A DNA stretch of 64,000 bases, taken from positions 160,001 through 224,000 of the forward strand of contig JBMNIF010000001.1 of NCBI GenBank assembly GCA_050950765.1. The letters are read 5' to 3'. Of the stretch, positions 1-10,197 are shown piece after piece (position 1 is the stretch's first letter; every line of letters starts with the position of its first letter). This DNA is from Bdellovibrionota bacterium (GTDB lineage: Bacteria > Bdellovibrionota_C > UBA2361 > JAAYZI01). The notes below the pieces were generated by a model. The model saw only the letters and a list, made by a program, of their open reading frames with translations. It was not told the DNA's origin and searched no databases. The position numbers were made by a program, and so were the translations under genes.

Positions 1-105
1 TCTCGGAGGGGTGTATTCATAGTAGTTGCTATAAATCGGTCCACAAGCAGAGAACAAAAAGGCGCTGCAAATGACGGCGATGATCTGAAAATAGCGTGTC
101 TTCAT
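1..105 (-). CDS. 5' part of a putative lipoprotein (runs off window edge)
   Basis: Manual translation from ATG at 105: MKTRYFQIIAVICSAFLFSACGPIYSNYYEYTPPR. Basic N-terminus, hydrophobic stretch, lipobox FSAC, and purine-rich upstream sequence on the minus strand. Confidence 0.65.
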   Translation of the reverse strand, partial: MKTRYFQIIAVICSAFLFSACGPIYSNYYEYTPPR

Positions 106-309
106 AAGCTCTCTCTCTTATCAAATAAATATAAAATAAAATTGCCTCACTATATAATAAAAATGCTCCTCTGTAACACTAAAAAAACTATACAAGAGAG
201 GAAAGGGGTTTTTTGTTATAAAAGCATAAATAATGATACTGCCTAACTTATCGAAATGAGGTGAAGCTGTTGATTCTTCTAAATTTTACGAGTATTCTTC
301 CACGCATTC

Positions 310-392
310 GCCCTGGTGCTGGAACTGGTAGACAGGCATGATTCAGGTTCATGTATCCCTAGGATGTGGGAGTTCGATTCTCCCCCAGGGCA
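310..392 (+). tRNA. tRNA-Leu (CAG)
   Basis: Acceptor stem GCCCTGG/CCAGGGC plus discriminator A; D-loop TGGTAGAC; anticodon arm CATGA-TTCAGGT-TCATG; long variable arm; T-loop GTTCGATTC. CCA is not encoded. Confidence 0.95.
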
Positions 393-730
393 TTTTAATT
401 AAATAACGAGGCACAACAGGTGTAGTAATCGTCTTTTTTACTGTTTTCCCCGAAAAAGTACACTTCACAACTCTTTATATCTCTGAACACGATGCTTTTC
501 CCTATTTTTTGTAGTCATCATAGCCAGTAACTTGTTTTTAGTGTCTATCTTTATCTTTGTATGGGGCGATATTAGTAATGAAAAGCATGGAATATATAGA
601 TGCAAGTCTAATATTGCAGGGTGTTGTCAGATATGGTTTTGTTTTTAAGGCGCAAGATGAGTGATAAAGTATCCCACTTGATACACCCTTTTTGAATCTT
701 AAAGAAGTTGGAAAATAAACGGTTTTAGAT

Positions 731-2755
731 ATGACATCTTTTAGAGAACAACACCAAGCACTAAGACAGGACTTTAATCTCATTAGTCAATTTAAACCTT
801 GTGGCGATCAGCCGAAAGCTATTGCGGGATTAAATGAATACCTTTCAGCAGGAAATAAATTTCAAACGCTCTTAGGTGTGACAGGTTCTGGAAAAACTTT
901 TACTATCGGTAATGTCATAGCAGAACAGAAGAAACCCGCTTTGGTAATAGCGCCTAATAAAACATTAGCAGCACAACTTTATAGTGAATTCAGAGAGCTT
1001 TTCCCTAATAATAATGTACGTTATTTCGTTAGTTATTATGACTATTATCAACCTGAAGCTTACGTCCCATCAACGGATACGTATATTGAAAAAGATGCTG
1101 CTGTAAATGAAGAGATTGATAAGCTGCGGCACAGTGCTACTCGTGCCATCTTGGAATATACAGATACGATAGTAGTTTCCAGCGTAAGCTGCATTTACGG
1201 TTTAGGTGATCCGGAAGATTATTTCAATATGATGCTCTTCTTAGAGGTTGGAGATAAGATAGCGCGCGAAGATATCCTAAAGCAGTTAATCTATATGCAA
1301 TATAGCCGTGGCGATGCTGAGTTTGAGCGTGGCAATTTTCGAGTAAGGGGGGAGAGTATCGATATCTTGCCGAGTGACCAAGATGATCGTGCTTTGAGGA
1401 TTATCTATTTTGGCGATGAGATTGAAGAGATTAGAGAGATCGATGCGATAACAGGGGTAACTATTAGAAAGTTGGAGCGTTGCGCTATCTATCCCGTTAG
1501 TCATTTTGTGACCGATACTGAGCAAATAGAGATCGCTATAAAATCAATCCGTAAAGAATTAAAGGAGTGGCTACCTGTTTTGCGAAAAGGTGGGAAAAAC
1601 TTTGAAGCTGATAGACTTGAACAACGCACCTTATATGATTTGGAGCTACTTTCAGAGATCGGTTTTTGTTCAGGTATAGAAAATTATAGTCGGCATCTTA
1701 CTAATCGAGAGGCTGGAGAGCCGCCAACAACACTACTTGATTATTTTTCCGAAGATTTTCTGTTGTTTATTGATGAGTCACACGTAACGGTTCCGCAACT
1801 AGGTGGGATGTATCGAGGAGATCAGGCAAGAAAAAAAACTTTAGTTGATTACGGATTCCGTTTACCCTCTGCGCTGGATAATCGTCCTCTTAACCTTGAT
1901 GAGTTTTGGGAAAGGGTTAAGCAGGTGGTGTTTGTTTCCGCAACACCAGGTGATTTTGAAATCGCTTCAAGTCAAGGCAGAATTGTAGAGCAGGTTAATA
2001 GACCAACAGGTTTGTTGGATCCGAAAGTAATAGTAAAGCCTGCTATGAATCAAGTTGATGACCTTGTAGAGGAGATTAAAACTACCATAGCTCAAGATGA
2101 AAGAGTCTTGGTTACAACTCTAACAAAGAAGATGGCGGAAAATTTATCTGTTTATCTGCGTGAAGTTGGGATTAAATGTCGCTATCTGCACTCTGATATA
2201 CATACCTTAGAAAGGGTTGAGATCTTGCATGGTTTAAGAAAAGGGGACTTCGATGTTTTAATCGGTATCAATCTCTTACGAGAGGGCTTGGATTTAGTAG
2301 AGGTTAGTTTGGTAGCTATCCTTGATGCTGATAAAGAGGGGTTTTTGCGATCTACGCGATCCTTGATTCAGACGATGGGACGTGCTGCCAGAAATGTTAA
2401 CGGTAGGGTGATAATGTATGCCGATACTGTGACACGTTCTATGAAAGAGGCGATTGATGAATCAGAGAGAAGACGCCAGATTCAAGGTGAATTTAATAAA
2501 CAGCACGGGATCGTTCCGCGCTCCGCTGAGAAAGCGTTAAGTGCACCGATCATACCGATTGAAAACGATATCGATATGCTGGAGATAGCTGTTGGTGGTA
2601 GAGCCTATACTATCCCTGTGGATCAAAAAGAGCAGCAGATGCTTATAGAAAAATTTAAAAAAGAGATGTTTGCAATGGCTGCTAAAAAAGAGTTTGAACA
2701 GGCGGCACAACTGCGTGATGCAATAAAAAAGTTGTCAGCCATCAATTTACAGTAA
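731..2755 (+). CDS. uvrB: Excinuclease ABC subunit B
   Basis: GVTGSGKT Walker A, YFVSYYDYYQPEAY, DESH, GINLLREGLD, C-terminal UVR coil. Confidence 0.99.
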   Translation: MTSFREQHQALRQDFNLISQFKPCGDQPKAIAGLNEYLSAGNKFQTLLGVTGSGKTFTIGNVIAEQKKPALVIAPNKTLAAQLYSEFRELFPNNNVRYFVSYYDYYQPEAYVPSTDTYIEKDAAVNEEIDKLRHSATRAILEYTDTIVVSSVSCIYGLGDPEDYFNMMLFLEVGDKIAREDILKQLIYMQYSRGDAEFERGNFRVRGESIDILPSDQDDRALRIIYFGDEIEEIREIDAITGVTIRKLERCAIYPVSHFVTDTEQIEIAIKSIRKELKEWLPVLRKGGKNFEADRLEQRTLYDLELLSEIGFCSGIENYSRHLTNREAGEPPTTLLDYFSEDFLLFIDESHVTVPQLGGMYRGDQARKKTLVDYGFRLPSALDNRPLNLDEFWERVKQVVFVSATPGDFEIASSQGRIVEQVNRPTGLLDPKVIVKPAMNQVDDLVEEIKTTIAQDERVLVTTLTKKMAENLSVYLREVGIKCRYLHSDIHTLERVEILHGLRKGDFDVLIGINLLREGLDLVEVSLVAILDADKEGFLRSTRSLIQTMGRAARNVNGRVIMYADTVTRSMKEAIDESERRRQIQGEFNKQHGIVPRSAEKALSAPIIPIENDIDMLEIAVGGRAYTIPVDQKEQQMLIEKFKKEMFAMAAKKEFEQAAQLRDAIKKLSAINLQ

Positions 2756-2768
2756 ATAATTACACCGT

Positions 2769-4664
2769 ATGAGAGATAAAGAAGCGGCAAAAGAAGCTCA
2801 AGCGCCTGTAAGTCAACAGAAGCTTGATGAGTTAAAGGAAAGTTGGAAGACTTTTTCTTCTCATCCAGGTGTTTATCTGATGCGCGATAGGCATGAGAAG
2901 GTGATTTATGTCGGGAAAGCAAAGAATTTAAAAAATCGCCTAGCAAGCTATCTACGAGGTGGAGACGGCAGGCAACAGATCCCCTTTTTAATGCGTCGGG
3001 TAAATAAAATTGAAACGATAGTGACTGACAATGAGCAGCAAGCTTATGTTTTGGAACGTGATCTGATTGCTAAGTATCATCCCCGTTATAATGTAAAGCT
3101 TAAAGATGATAAATCTTTTTTGAGTATTCGGATTGATGAAAATCAAGCGTGGCCTCGATTAGAATTGGTAAGAAGAGTTGAAGGTGATGGAGCACGTTAT
3201 TTTGGTCCTTATAGCTTCTCTTATGAGTTAAGAGCGCTTCTAGAGATGATAAATAAAGCTATCCCGTTACGAAGTTGCAATAATACGATTTTTTATAATA
3301 GACAACGACCATGTCTTGAGTATCAGATAAAAAGGTGTGCGGGTCCGTGTTGTTTGGATGTTGATAGAAAACAGTATGCGTTATGGGTAAAGGAGGCCAT
3401 CGCCATTCTTGAAGGCAGGACGGCGGATTTAGAAAAGGATCTGACAAAGCAGATGGAAAAAGCGTCCGAAGATCTTCGTTTTGAAGATGCAGCTGCTATT
3501 AGAGATCGTATAGAGATAATAAAGAACTTTAAACAGGGAGGAACGTATATCTCAGCGGGTGCTGAAGATAGGGATGTTTTTGCACTTTATCGAGAGGAGC
3601 GTTTGGCTGTAATTTCCTTAATGAAAGTTAGAAACGGACGGATCTCCGATAATAATAATTATACCTTTTCTAATGTCGAGATCGCTGATGATGAAGTTTT
3701 GGAAGCGGTTATTTCGCAATATTATGATGGAGAACGTGATCTAGCGCCGGAAATAGTTTTACCGTTTGAACTTGATAATATCTCTCTTTTAAGAGAAGGC
3801 ATTGCTACTCGTTATGAGGTAGCGCCGACGTTTACTATCCCTAAGATTGGGTTAAAAAAACGTTTGTTGGGGCTAGCTGCTCTTAACGCCAGACAACATT
3901 ATATCTCTGTTTTTGATGCTGATAGCCGTTATAAAGAAGCTGCTACGGCACTTGCTAAGATCTTAAAATTGAGTCAGATCCCGAGAAGGATTGAGTGCGT
4001 CGATATCTCAAATTTACAAGCTTCTGATATCGTAGGTGGAATCGTTTCATTTTATGATGGTGTGCCTGATAAGAAAAATTACAAAAAATATATAATAACA
4101 AAACAGGACAAGCCTGATGATTTTGGTTCTATCTATGAGGTGATAACTCGTAGATTAAAACACGCTATGGAAGATGATGAAGATCAAGTTCCTGATCTGT
4201 TTTTGATTGATGGAGGACGTGGGCAGCTGGGTGCAGCCTTAGCAGCGCGTGACGATTTAGGAGTAACTTGCGAGATAGCTTCTTTAGCTAAGATTAGAGC
4301 AACGAAAGGTAAAAAGCTTAATTCAGAAGATCGCCTAAAGCCTGAAAGAATTTTTAGAGAAGGAGTAGAGGAAGCGATCCCGCTAGATCCGTCGGCGGAC
4401 TCGACCTTACTTGTGACGCGTATTAGAGATGAAGCACACCGCCACGTGATACAATTTCACCGTTCCAGACGATCTAAACGAGTTTTCTCATCTGTATTGG
4501 ATGACATTCCAGGAATAGGTTCTAAAAGAAAAACTGCTTTAATAGCTGCCTTTGGAGGTGTAAACGGGATGAAGCAAGCTTCCATAGATGAACTAATGGA
4601 GAAGGGACACTTGCCAAAAGTTTTGGCAGAAAAGCTTATGCAAAAGTTGCATAATTTGCAGTGA
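2769..4664 (+). CDS. uvrC: Excinuclease ABC subunit C
   Basis: GIY-YIG (GVYLM...YVGKAKNL), Cys-rich CLEYQIKRCAGPC, RIECVDIS, IDGGRGQL, RDEAHR, HhH tail. Confidence 0.98.
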   Translation: MRDKEAAKEAQAPVSQQKLDELKESWKTFSSHPGVYLMRDRHEKVIYVGKAKNLKNRLASYLRGGDGRQQIPFLMRRVNKIETIVTDNEQQAYVLERDLIAKYHPRYNVKLKDDKSFLSIRIDENQAWPRLELVRRVEGDGARYFGPYSFSYELRALLEMINKAIPLRSCNNTIFYNRQRPCLEYQIKRCAGPCCLDVDRKQYALWVKEAIAILEGRTADLEKDLTKQMEKASEDLRFEDAAAIRDRIEIIKNFKQGGTYISAGAEDRDVFALYREERLAVISLMKVRNGRISDNNNYTFSNVEIADDEVLEAVISQYYDGERDLAPEIVLPFELDNISLLREGIATRYEVAPTFTIPKIGLKKRLLGLAALNARQHYISVFDADSRYKEAATALAKILKLSQIPRRIECVDISNLQASDIVGGIVSFYDGVPDKKNYKKYIITKQDKPDDFGSIYEVITRRLKHAMEDDEDQVPDLFLIDGGRGQLGAALAARDDLGVTCEIASLAKIRATKGKKLNSEDRLKPERIFREGVEEAIPLDPSADSTLLVTRIRDEAHRHVIQFHRSRRSKRVFSSVLDDIPGIGSKRKTALIAAFGGVNGMKQASIDELMEKGHLPKVLAEKLMQKLHNLQ

Positions 4665-4702
4665 TCACTAAAGGTTTGGCGCTTCTTTTTTTTCGGTACT
4701 AT

Positions 4703-5878
4703 TTAGTTGTTTTTATAGTATTTAGGGAAAATAGCTCTACAACTTAAACCGACTAATAATAATACTAAAGGATAAAAGACAGTGTATTGTTGATCTAGTT
4801 TGTAAACATGAGAAATGATGATCGCTGTTGTTATAAGTGGAAGAAAGAGCAGGATCTGAGATATGAGGATAGAGCCTTTTTGGTAGAGGTCTTGTGATAG
4901 ATTAAAAAATACGAATAGAGTCGGAAGTAGTAACATCTGATCATAAGTCCAGCCGTATGGACTTGATAAAATAGAGAGTGGAAGGATTATTGATAGAAGA
5001 GTTAGTTTTGAAAAGCGTCTGTTAAAAATAAAAAAGCTTAACACGGTGATTATTATACAGAGTAGTGAGGGTAGAAATCTTAAGTTGTTGTTATGGATAT
5101 TTAAAAAATATTGTAACCAAGCTCCTAGTGTTGGAGTATGAAAGTTAAGTGGTGGTGTTTGCATTGCTTCAAGATATAGAGAGAAGATATGCGGTTGATA
5201 AATTAAGGCAGGGATCGATAAAAGTAGGCTCCCTACAAAAGCTCCTCCGAGTAATTTAAGGCTATCTTTTTTAAGATTAAGGATTAGAGCAAGGTAAAAT
5301 AGATATAAGATGTGAGGTTTAAAAAAAGTTAATGATAAAAAAAGACCGGCTATGAAGAGCTGATCTTTTTTTATGTAGTACAAAGAAGTTAAAAAGCCGA
5401 TCAGTAATAAAGGGCTGCACTGTCCAGGGTATAGTGAGATTAAGAACGGTTGAAAGAGTGTCAAAGTTATTAAGATTACATAACGAGTATATCTGGATCT
5501 GATCGGATTTTTTGAAACGACTTTTTGTGCTAAGAAGCATGATGAGATTATTAAGAGGATTGAAAGAGCGATCCAAATTCGGTACGAAATTCTGTAATTT
5601 GGTATGCTTGCTACAAGGGCAAAGCTAAGTGCTGGTGGTGGATTATACATCATAATCGGTAGGGGGATCTCTTCTCCGTGCCAAGTCTCTTTTTGCAAAG
5701 ACAACTGTTCGTTTGGGTCATATGGATTTTGTCCTGACCTGAGTAAACGACCTGCGGACCAATATTGCATAAAGTCATCACCACTGCGGCGTTCCACTTC
5801 CGGAATAAAGAGAGCGCAGAGAATCGCTAACGCTAGAGAGGAAAAAATTAAAAAAATGGTGTTATTCGATATTTTCAT
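4703..5878 (-). CDS. GT-C fold glycosyltransferase, family 87 / DUF2029-like membrane protein
   Basis: DFMQYWSAGRLL...NPY, YNPP, GQ, KPH motifs; polytopic hydrophobic protein. Confidence 0.8.
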   Translation of the reverse strand: MKISNNTIFLIFSSLALAILCALFIPEVERRSGDDFMQYWSAGRLLRSGQNPYDPNEQLSLQKETWHGEEIPLPIMMYNPPPALSFALVASIPNYRISYRIWIALSILLIISSCFLAQKVVSKNPIRSRYTRYVILITLTLFQPFLISLYPGQCSPLLLIGFLTSLYYIKKDQLFIAGLFLSLTFFKPHILYLFYLALILNLKKDSLKLLGGAFVGSLLLSIPALIYQPHIFSLYLEAMQTPPLNFHTPTLGAWLQYFLNIHNNNLRFLPSLLCIIITVLSFFIFNRRFSKLTLLSIILPLSILSSPYGWTYDQMLLLPTLFVFFNLSQDLYQKGSILISQILLFLPLITTAIIISHVYKLDQQYTVFYPLVLLLVGLSCRAIFPKYYKNN

Positions 5879-7031
5879 ATAGTAAACGGTTTTTATCTTT
5901 TAATCTTAAGAAAAGCACTGAGAAAAATAATACGACAAGTGGCTGAAAAATAAAGTAGTGATCCTGCAAAGTCTTTGAAAGTATGATGGAAGCAATATTT
6001 AAAGTTATTAATGTAATCAATGTTGCGAGGACTGTTCTCTTATAAAGGTTATGTTTATAAAGAATAAGCATGTTGTGGAATAGAAGCATTAGACTTGGAA
6101 CTAATAAGACCTGATCGGATCCCCAGCCGTATGGGGCTGTTAATAAAGAAAGGGGTATGATGGATGAGATCAGGGATTTCGGAAGTTTTTTCTGTTTTAA
6201 AGTAATGCCGCTGATAAGTATTAGAGTAATGAGAGCTGGTAGAAATGGTGTGGCGGAATAGCGGTTATCGCTAAAAATTTGCAGCCAAGAGCTGATGGTT
6301 GGAGTTATCCATTTTGTTGATGGTGGTGTAGAGATAACTTTTAGATAGATCTGAAAAATATCAGGTTTAAAGTAAAGGGGTATGGCTATGAGGAGTAGTA
6401 TACCTACGACAGCGCCAGCTATAATTTTAGAGAGGTTTTTGCGAAAATTGAGTAGCCACAACGGATAATAGAGGTAGAGTAGGTGTGGTTTTAAGGTGGT
6501 TAATGTTAGGAATAGTGAAGAGAGAAAAAATTTATTACTGTGTTGAAAAAAGATTGATAATGAAAGCCCTAGTAGTAAAAGTGGGCTAATCTGCCCCGCG
6601 ACGATGGAGGTTATAAATGGTCGAAAAGTGCAGAAGAATGTAAAAACGGCTAGTCGCAAAATAGGGGAGTGTAAGGAAAGGGGAAAGACACAGTTTAGTA
6701 GCGATAACGATATTAAAATAATAAAGATTGTAACAACGATCCAAGCGTAGTATGCGTGATCAAAAGTTGGTATTCCAAAAAAATAGGAATAGGTAAGGGC
6801 TGTTGGAGGATTCCAAATTTTAATCGGACGAGGGATCTCTTCTCCGTGCCAAGTAGCGTCTTGGATTCTTATTTGTTCTGTTGAGTCGTAAGGATTCTTA
6901 CGTTCTGCAAGGAGTCGTCCAGCTGTCCAGTACTGTAAAAAATCGTATCCGCCCCTTCCATTTAGGTTGTTGAATAAGAGCAGACCTATAAGTAGAGAGA
7001 TGCTGAAAAAGAAGAATAGTTGCTTTAACAT
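5862..7031 (-). CDS. GT-C fold glycosyltransferase, family 87 / DUF2029-like membrane protein (tandem paralog)
   Basis: DFLQYWTAGRLL...NPY, WNPP, GQISP, KPH motifs; collinear with the neighbouring gene. Confidence 0.8.
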   Translation of the reverse strand: MLKQLFFFFSISLLIGLLLFNNLNGRGGYDFLQYWTAGRLLAERKNPYDSTEQIRIQDATWHGEEIPRPIKIWNPPTALTYSYFFGIPTFDHAYYAWIVVTIFIILISLSLLNCVFPLSLHSPILRLAVFTFFCTFRPFITSIVAGQISPLLLLGLSLSIFFQHSNKFFLSSLFLTLTTLKPHLLYLYYPLWLLNFRKNLSKIIAGAVVGILLLIAIPLYFKPDIFQIYLKVISTPPSTKWITPTISSWLQIFSDNRYSATPFLPALITLILISGITLKQKKLPKSLISSIIPLSLLTAPYGWGSDQVLLVPSLMLLFHNMLILYKHNLYKRTVLATLITLITLNIASIILSKTLQDHYFIFQPLVVLFFSVLFLRLKDKNRLLYENIE

Positions 7032-7236
7032 ATTGATTGCTTTTTGTTTTTTAGGTGTGACTGAAGATCAGTATTGCTGTACTTGAAAAATGAGGCAATA
7101 TGAAGTTTTGCTTAAGGTGCTTGATGGCGGTGTTATGAATTGTTTTTAGAGAGATGTGTTTTTAGTGGGGTTCCGTTTTTGTACTTTTATGTGATTTTAT
7201 GGTATAGGACGAGCGGTTCTGTGGAGATAAAATAAT

Positions 7237-8217
7237 ATGATTAACCATCCGTTGGAATTCGAAAAGCCGTTAGTGGAGTTGGAGATTGAACTCCAAAAAC
7301 TAAAAGATGAAATCGCTGCCGGAGATCTTAATAAGCAGTCTGAGTACGCTAGATTGGAAAAGCGGGTAGCGAAGATGATGACGGAAGTCTATGGACGACT
7401 TACTCCGTATCAAAAGGTGCAACTTTCTAGGCATTTGGATAGACCGTTCTCTCTCGATTATATTAAATTAATTTTCACAGATTTTATGGAGTTTCACGGT
7501 GATAGGCTTTTTCGGGACGATCCTGCTATCGTTGGGGGAACTGCTAAATTGCAGGGGCAGCCTATAATGATCGTGGGGCATCAACGTGGCAGGACAACGG
7601 CAGAAAGGCTACATAGAAACTTTGGGATGCCTCAACCTGAAGGTTATAGAAAAGCTTTAAGGCTGTTTGAGATGGCGGCGAAATTTGGACTTCCGTTAAT
7701 TACGTTTATTGATACTGCTGGTGCTTTTCCAGGCATTGAGGCGGAAGAAAGGGGGCAGGCGGAGGCTATTGCGCGCAATTTGCGGGTTTTATCTGAATTG
7801 CCGACTCCTGTTTTGGCTGTTGTAATTGGAGAAGGGGGGAGTGGCGGAGCTTTAGCACTAGGAGTTGCTGATAAAGTTTTAATGATGGAGAACTCCTGCT
7901 ACTCCGTAATTAGTCCAGAAGGTTGTGCTTCGATTTTGTGGAAAGTCCCTGAAGAAGAGGCTGCTCAATATGTACCTGTTGCTGCGGAAGCCTTGAAAAT
8001 TACTGCTAAGGACTTGAAGCAGGCTGGAATTATAGATGTGATTGTTCCGGAGCCTTTGGGTGGTGCACATAGAAATCATAAAGAGGCGGCGGAGTCGCTG
8101 GAAGCGGCTTTGGTGCGAGAGTTAAAAGAGGTTGAGGCGTTGCCACTCTCTGAGATGCTTGATTTAAGGTATAAAAAGTTTAGATCCATAGGAGTTTTTA
8201 CAGGGGATCGGGCATAA
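7237..8217 (+). CDS. accA: Acetyl-CoA carboxylase carboxyltransferase alpha subunit
   Basis: LEFEKP, HGDRLFRDD, FGMPQPEGYRKA, GEGGSGGALA, YSVISPEGCASIL. Confidence 0.98.
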   Translation: MINHPLEFEKPLVELEIELQKLKDEIAAGDLNKQSEYARLEKRVAKMMTEVYGRLTPYQKVQLSRHLDRPFSLDYIKLIFTDFMEFHGDRLFRDDPAIVGGTAKLQGQPIMIVGHQRGRTTAERLHRNFGMPQPEGYRKALRLFEMAAKFGLPLITFIDTAGAFPGIEAEERGQAEAIARNLRVLSELPTPVLAVVIGEGGSGGALALGVADKVLMMENSCYSVISPEGCASILWKVPEEEAAQYVPVAAEALKITAKDLKQAGIIDVIVPEPLGGAHRNHKEAAESLEAALVRELKEVEALPLSEMLDLRYKKFRSIGVFTGDRA

Positions 8218-8266
8218 GAGAGTGTATTGCTTAGGTGTTTTGTCTTGATTTTTAGGAGTTTGCTGT

Positions 8267-8512
8267 ATGTCTAGTAAAGATGCAATTGAAATGAATGGGG
8301 TGGTGAAAGAGTGCTTCCCTAATACGACTTTTAAGGTTGTATGTGATAACGGTCACGAATTATTAGCTTATTTGGCTGGAAAGATGAGACGATTTTATAT
8401 CCGTGTTCTACCAGGCGACCATGTCTTGGTGGAGATCTCTCCTTATGACCTTACAAAAGGTAGAATTGTCAAAAGATTAAAGGAAGCTAAGCCGCCGGAG
8501 AGTGCATCATAA
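8267..8512 (+). CDS. infA: Translation initiation factor IF-1
   Basis: [30 protein letters not shown]. Confidence 0.97.
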   Translation: MSSKDAIEMNGVVKECFPNTTFKVVCDNGHELLAYLAGKMRRFYIRVLPGDHVLVEISPYDLTKGRIVKRLKEAKPPESAS

Positions 8513-8517
8513 GACGC

Positions 8518-10176
8518 ATGCAGAATGAGCAGCAACACTTGGATTTTATAGGAAAATATAAGGTCGTCAGTACTCTCGGAGGTGGATCGACGGGGGGTGT
8601 GTATAAGGCGATTGATCCTGAGGTCGGACGAGTTGTTGCTATAAAAACATTACCTAAAGTTGAGGCAGAGTCAGCAGATAAAGTTAGTGCTATTTTGGAG
8701 CGTTTTAGACTTGAGGTGTGTTCTGCTGAAAGCTTGAGGCATCCCAATATCGTTCCTGTTTTTGATGTTAATCTTCAAGATGGTGTGCCTTATATTGTTA
8801 TGGATTACATTGAGGGTGAAAGCCTTGATGTAATCATCTCGAAGTATAAGCAGTTACGTCCTGAAGTAGTTCTCTATTATATGAAACAGGTAGCCGCTGG
8901 TCTTGATGCTGCCCATAAAAAAGGTCTCATTCATGGGGCTATTAAACCAACTAATGTTATTGTTGATCTTAATGATACCTGTTATTTGGCTGGTTTCGGT
9001 GTGTCCTCTTTTTCAAAAAAAGTATCGGGGCAATTCGATGAGTATGGTGCCATTGTTGGTACTGTTGGATATATGTCGCCTGAACAGATTATTAATAAAG
9101 ACCCGAGTGAGAAATCAGATCTGTTTAGTTTAGCTGTTATTGCTTTCGAGTGTTTTACAGGGGGGAAGCCTTTTTCAGGAAGTGATTTTACAGATACCCT
9201 TAGGAATATTCTTAATGCGGAGCCTGTTGCTTTGACTTCGTTGGTTGACTTGCCGCTATCATTAGAGGCTGAATTTGAAAGAGCTTTAGCTAAAGATCCT
9301 GCTTTTAGGTTTGAAAGTGCTGAAGAGATGGTATTAAGCTTTGCGCGTGCTCTTGGAATATCACGTATTGATAAGCCTATAATATCTGAAGCGGTGGGCA
9401 GTGAACGTGGAATAGTTATTGATAGTGGGGATCTTGCGGAGGATTTTACGGGAGATCTTACGGAAGATAGAGAAGTTACTCCATTCGGAGATTTTAGCCG
9501 AACGTTCAATCAAAATGTTGAGGTTGTAAAAGGAGTTAATAAAAAAATTTTTATAAGTATCGTTCTTGTCGTAATATCTTTGTGTGGTGGATTAGTTTAT
9601 TATTTTTTGGGAAAAACTGGTGACGCTTTTGTTATTTCCGATTCGGGAAATGCAGAGGGATTGAATGCCAAGAATAATAAAGGGGAAGGTGTTAGCCCTT
9701 CTATTGGGACCAAGATTTTTTCTGATGAAGAGTCACTCAAGGTGGTCTCTACTTCGGGAGTTGGAAAAGATCTTACTTCAATGACTGACAAGGAGTTGTT
9801 GGGGGTTCTTACTAATGCACAGAGTAATGAAAAAGAGTTGTTGAATGGACTTAGTGAAGTGAGGAGGCGACGACTCCCTGATTTTATAACTATTGCGAGT
9901 AGTTTGTTACACCATGACCATCATTTAGTTAGGTCTAATACATTAAAAGTTTTGCGTGATCTTGGAGATAAGAGTTGTGTTCCTGTGGTGATTGAGATGT
10001 TAGGTGATAGAGATCCGATTGTGCGTGGAACTGCAGCGAATACATTAGGTGCACTTGGAAGTAAAAAAGCGTTGGCGTATCTTGTGGCAAATTATAAAAG
10101 CGAGGAAGTTTTAGAGGTAAAAATAGCTATGAAACGAGCTATTGAAAAGATTAATGGGTATCCGTTAGTAGAATAA
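8518..10176 (+). CDS. Hanks-type Ser/Thr kinase-fold protein (probable pseudokinase) with one TM helix and C-terminal HEAT repeats
   Basis: Gly loop, VAIK, HPNIV, GTVGYMSPEQ and SDLFSL are present, but HRD reads HGA and DFG reads GFG. TM segment IFISIVLVVISLCGGLVYYFL; HEAT-like LGDRDPIVRGTAANTLGALG. Confidence 0.88.
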   Translation: MQNEQQHLDFIGKYKVVSTLGGGSTGGVYKAIDPEVGRVVAIKTLPKVEAESADKVSAILERFRLEVCSAESLRHPNIVPVFDVNLQDGVPYIVMDYIEGESLDVIISKYKQLRPEVVLYYMKQVAAGLDAAHKKGLIHGAIKPTNVIVDLNDTCYLAGFGVSSFSKKVSGQFDEYGAIVGTVGYMSPEQIINKDPSEKSDLFSLAVIAFECFTGGKPFSGSDFTDTLRNILNAEPVALTSLVDLPLSLEAEFERALAKDPAFRFESAEEMVLSFARALGISRIDKPIISEAVGSERGIVIDSGDLAEDFTGDLTEDREVTPFGDFSRTFNQNVEVVKGVNKKIFISIVLVVISLCGGLVYYFLGKTGDAFVISDSGNAEGLNAKNNKGEGVSPSIGTKIFSDEESLKVVSTSGVGKDLTSMTDKELLGVLTNAQSNEKELLNGLSEVRRRRLPDFITIASSLLHHDHHLVRSNTLKVLRDLGDKSCVPVVIEMLGDRDPIVRGTAANTLGALGSKKALAYLVANYKSEEVLEVKIAMKRAIEKINGYPLVE

Positions 10177-10197
10177 TTGTTATGCTTGGGGATTAAA

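Noticed and set aside
310..730. tRNA-Leu as an island integration site
   Set aside because: No integrase nearby and no duplicated tRNA 3' end noticed in the window.
8982..9509. Antisense and overlapping ORFs within housekeeping genes (e.g. 8982-9509, 49733-50245, 52811-53338, 63685-63882)
   Set aside because: Shadow frames of well-supported genes with no recognisable motifs.
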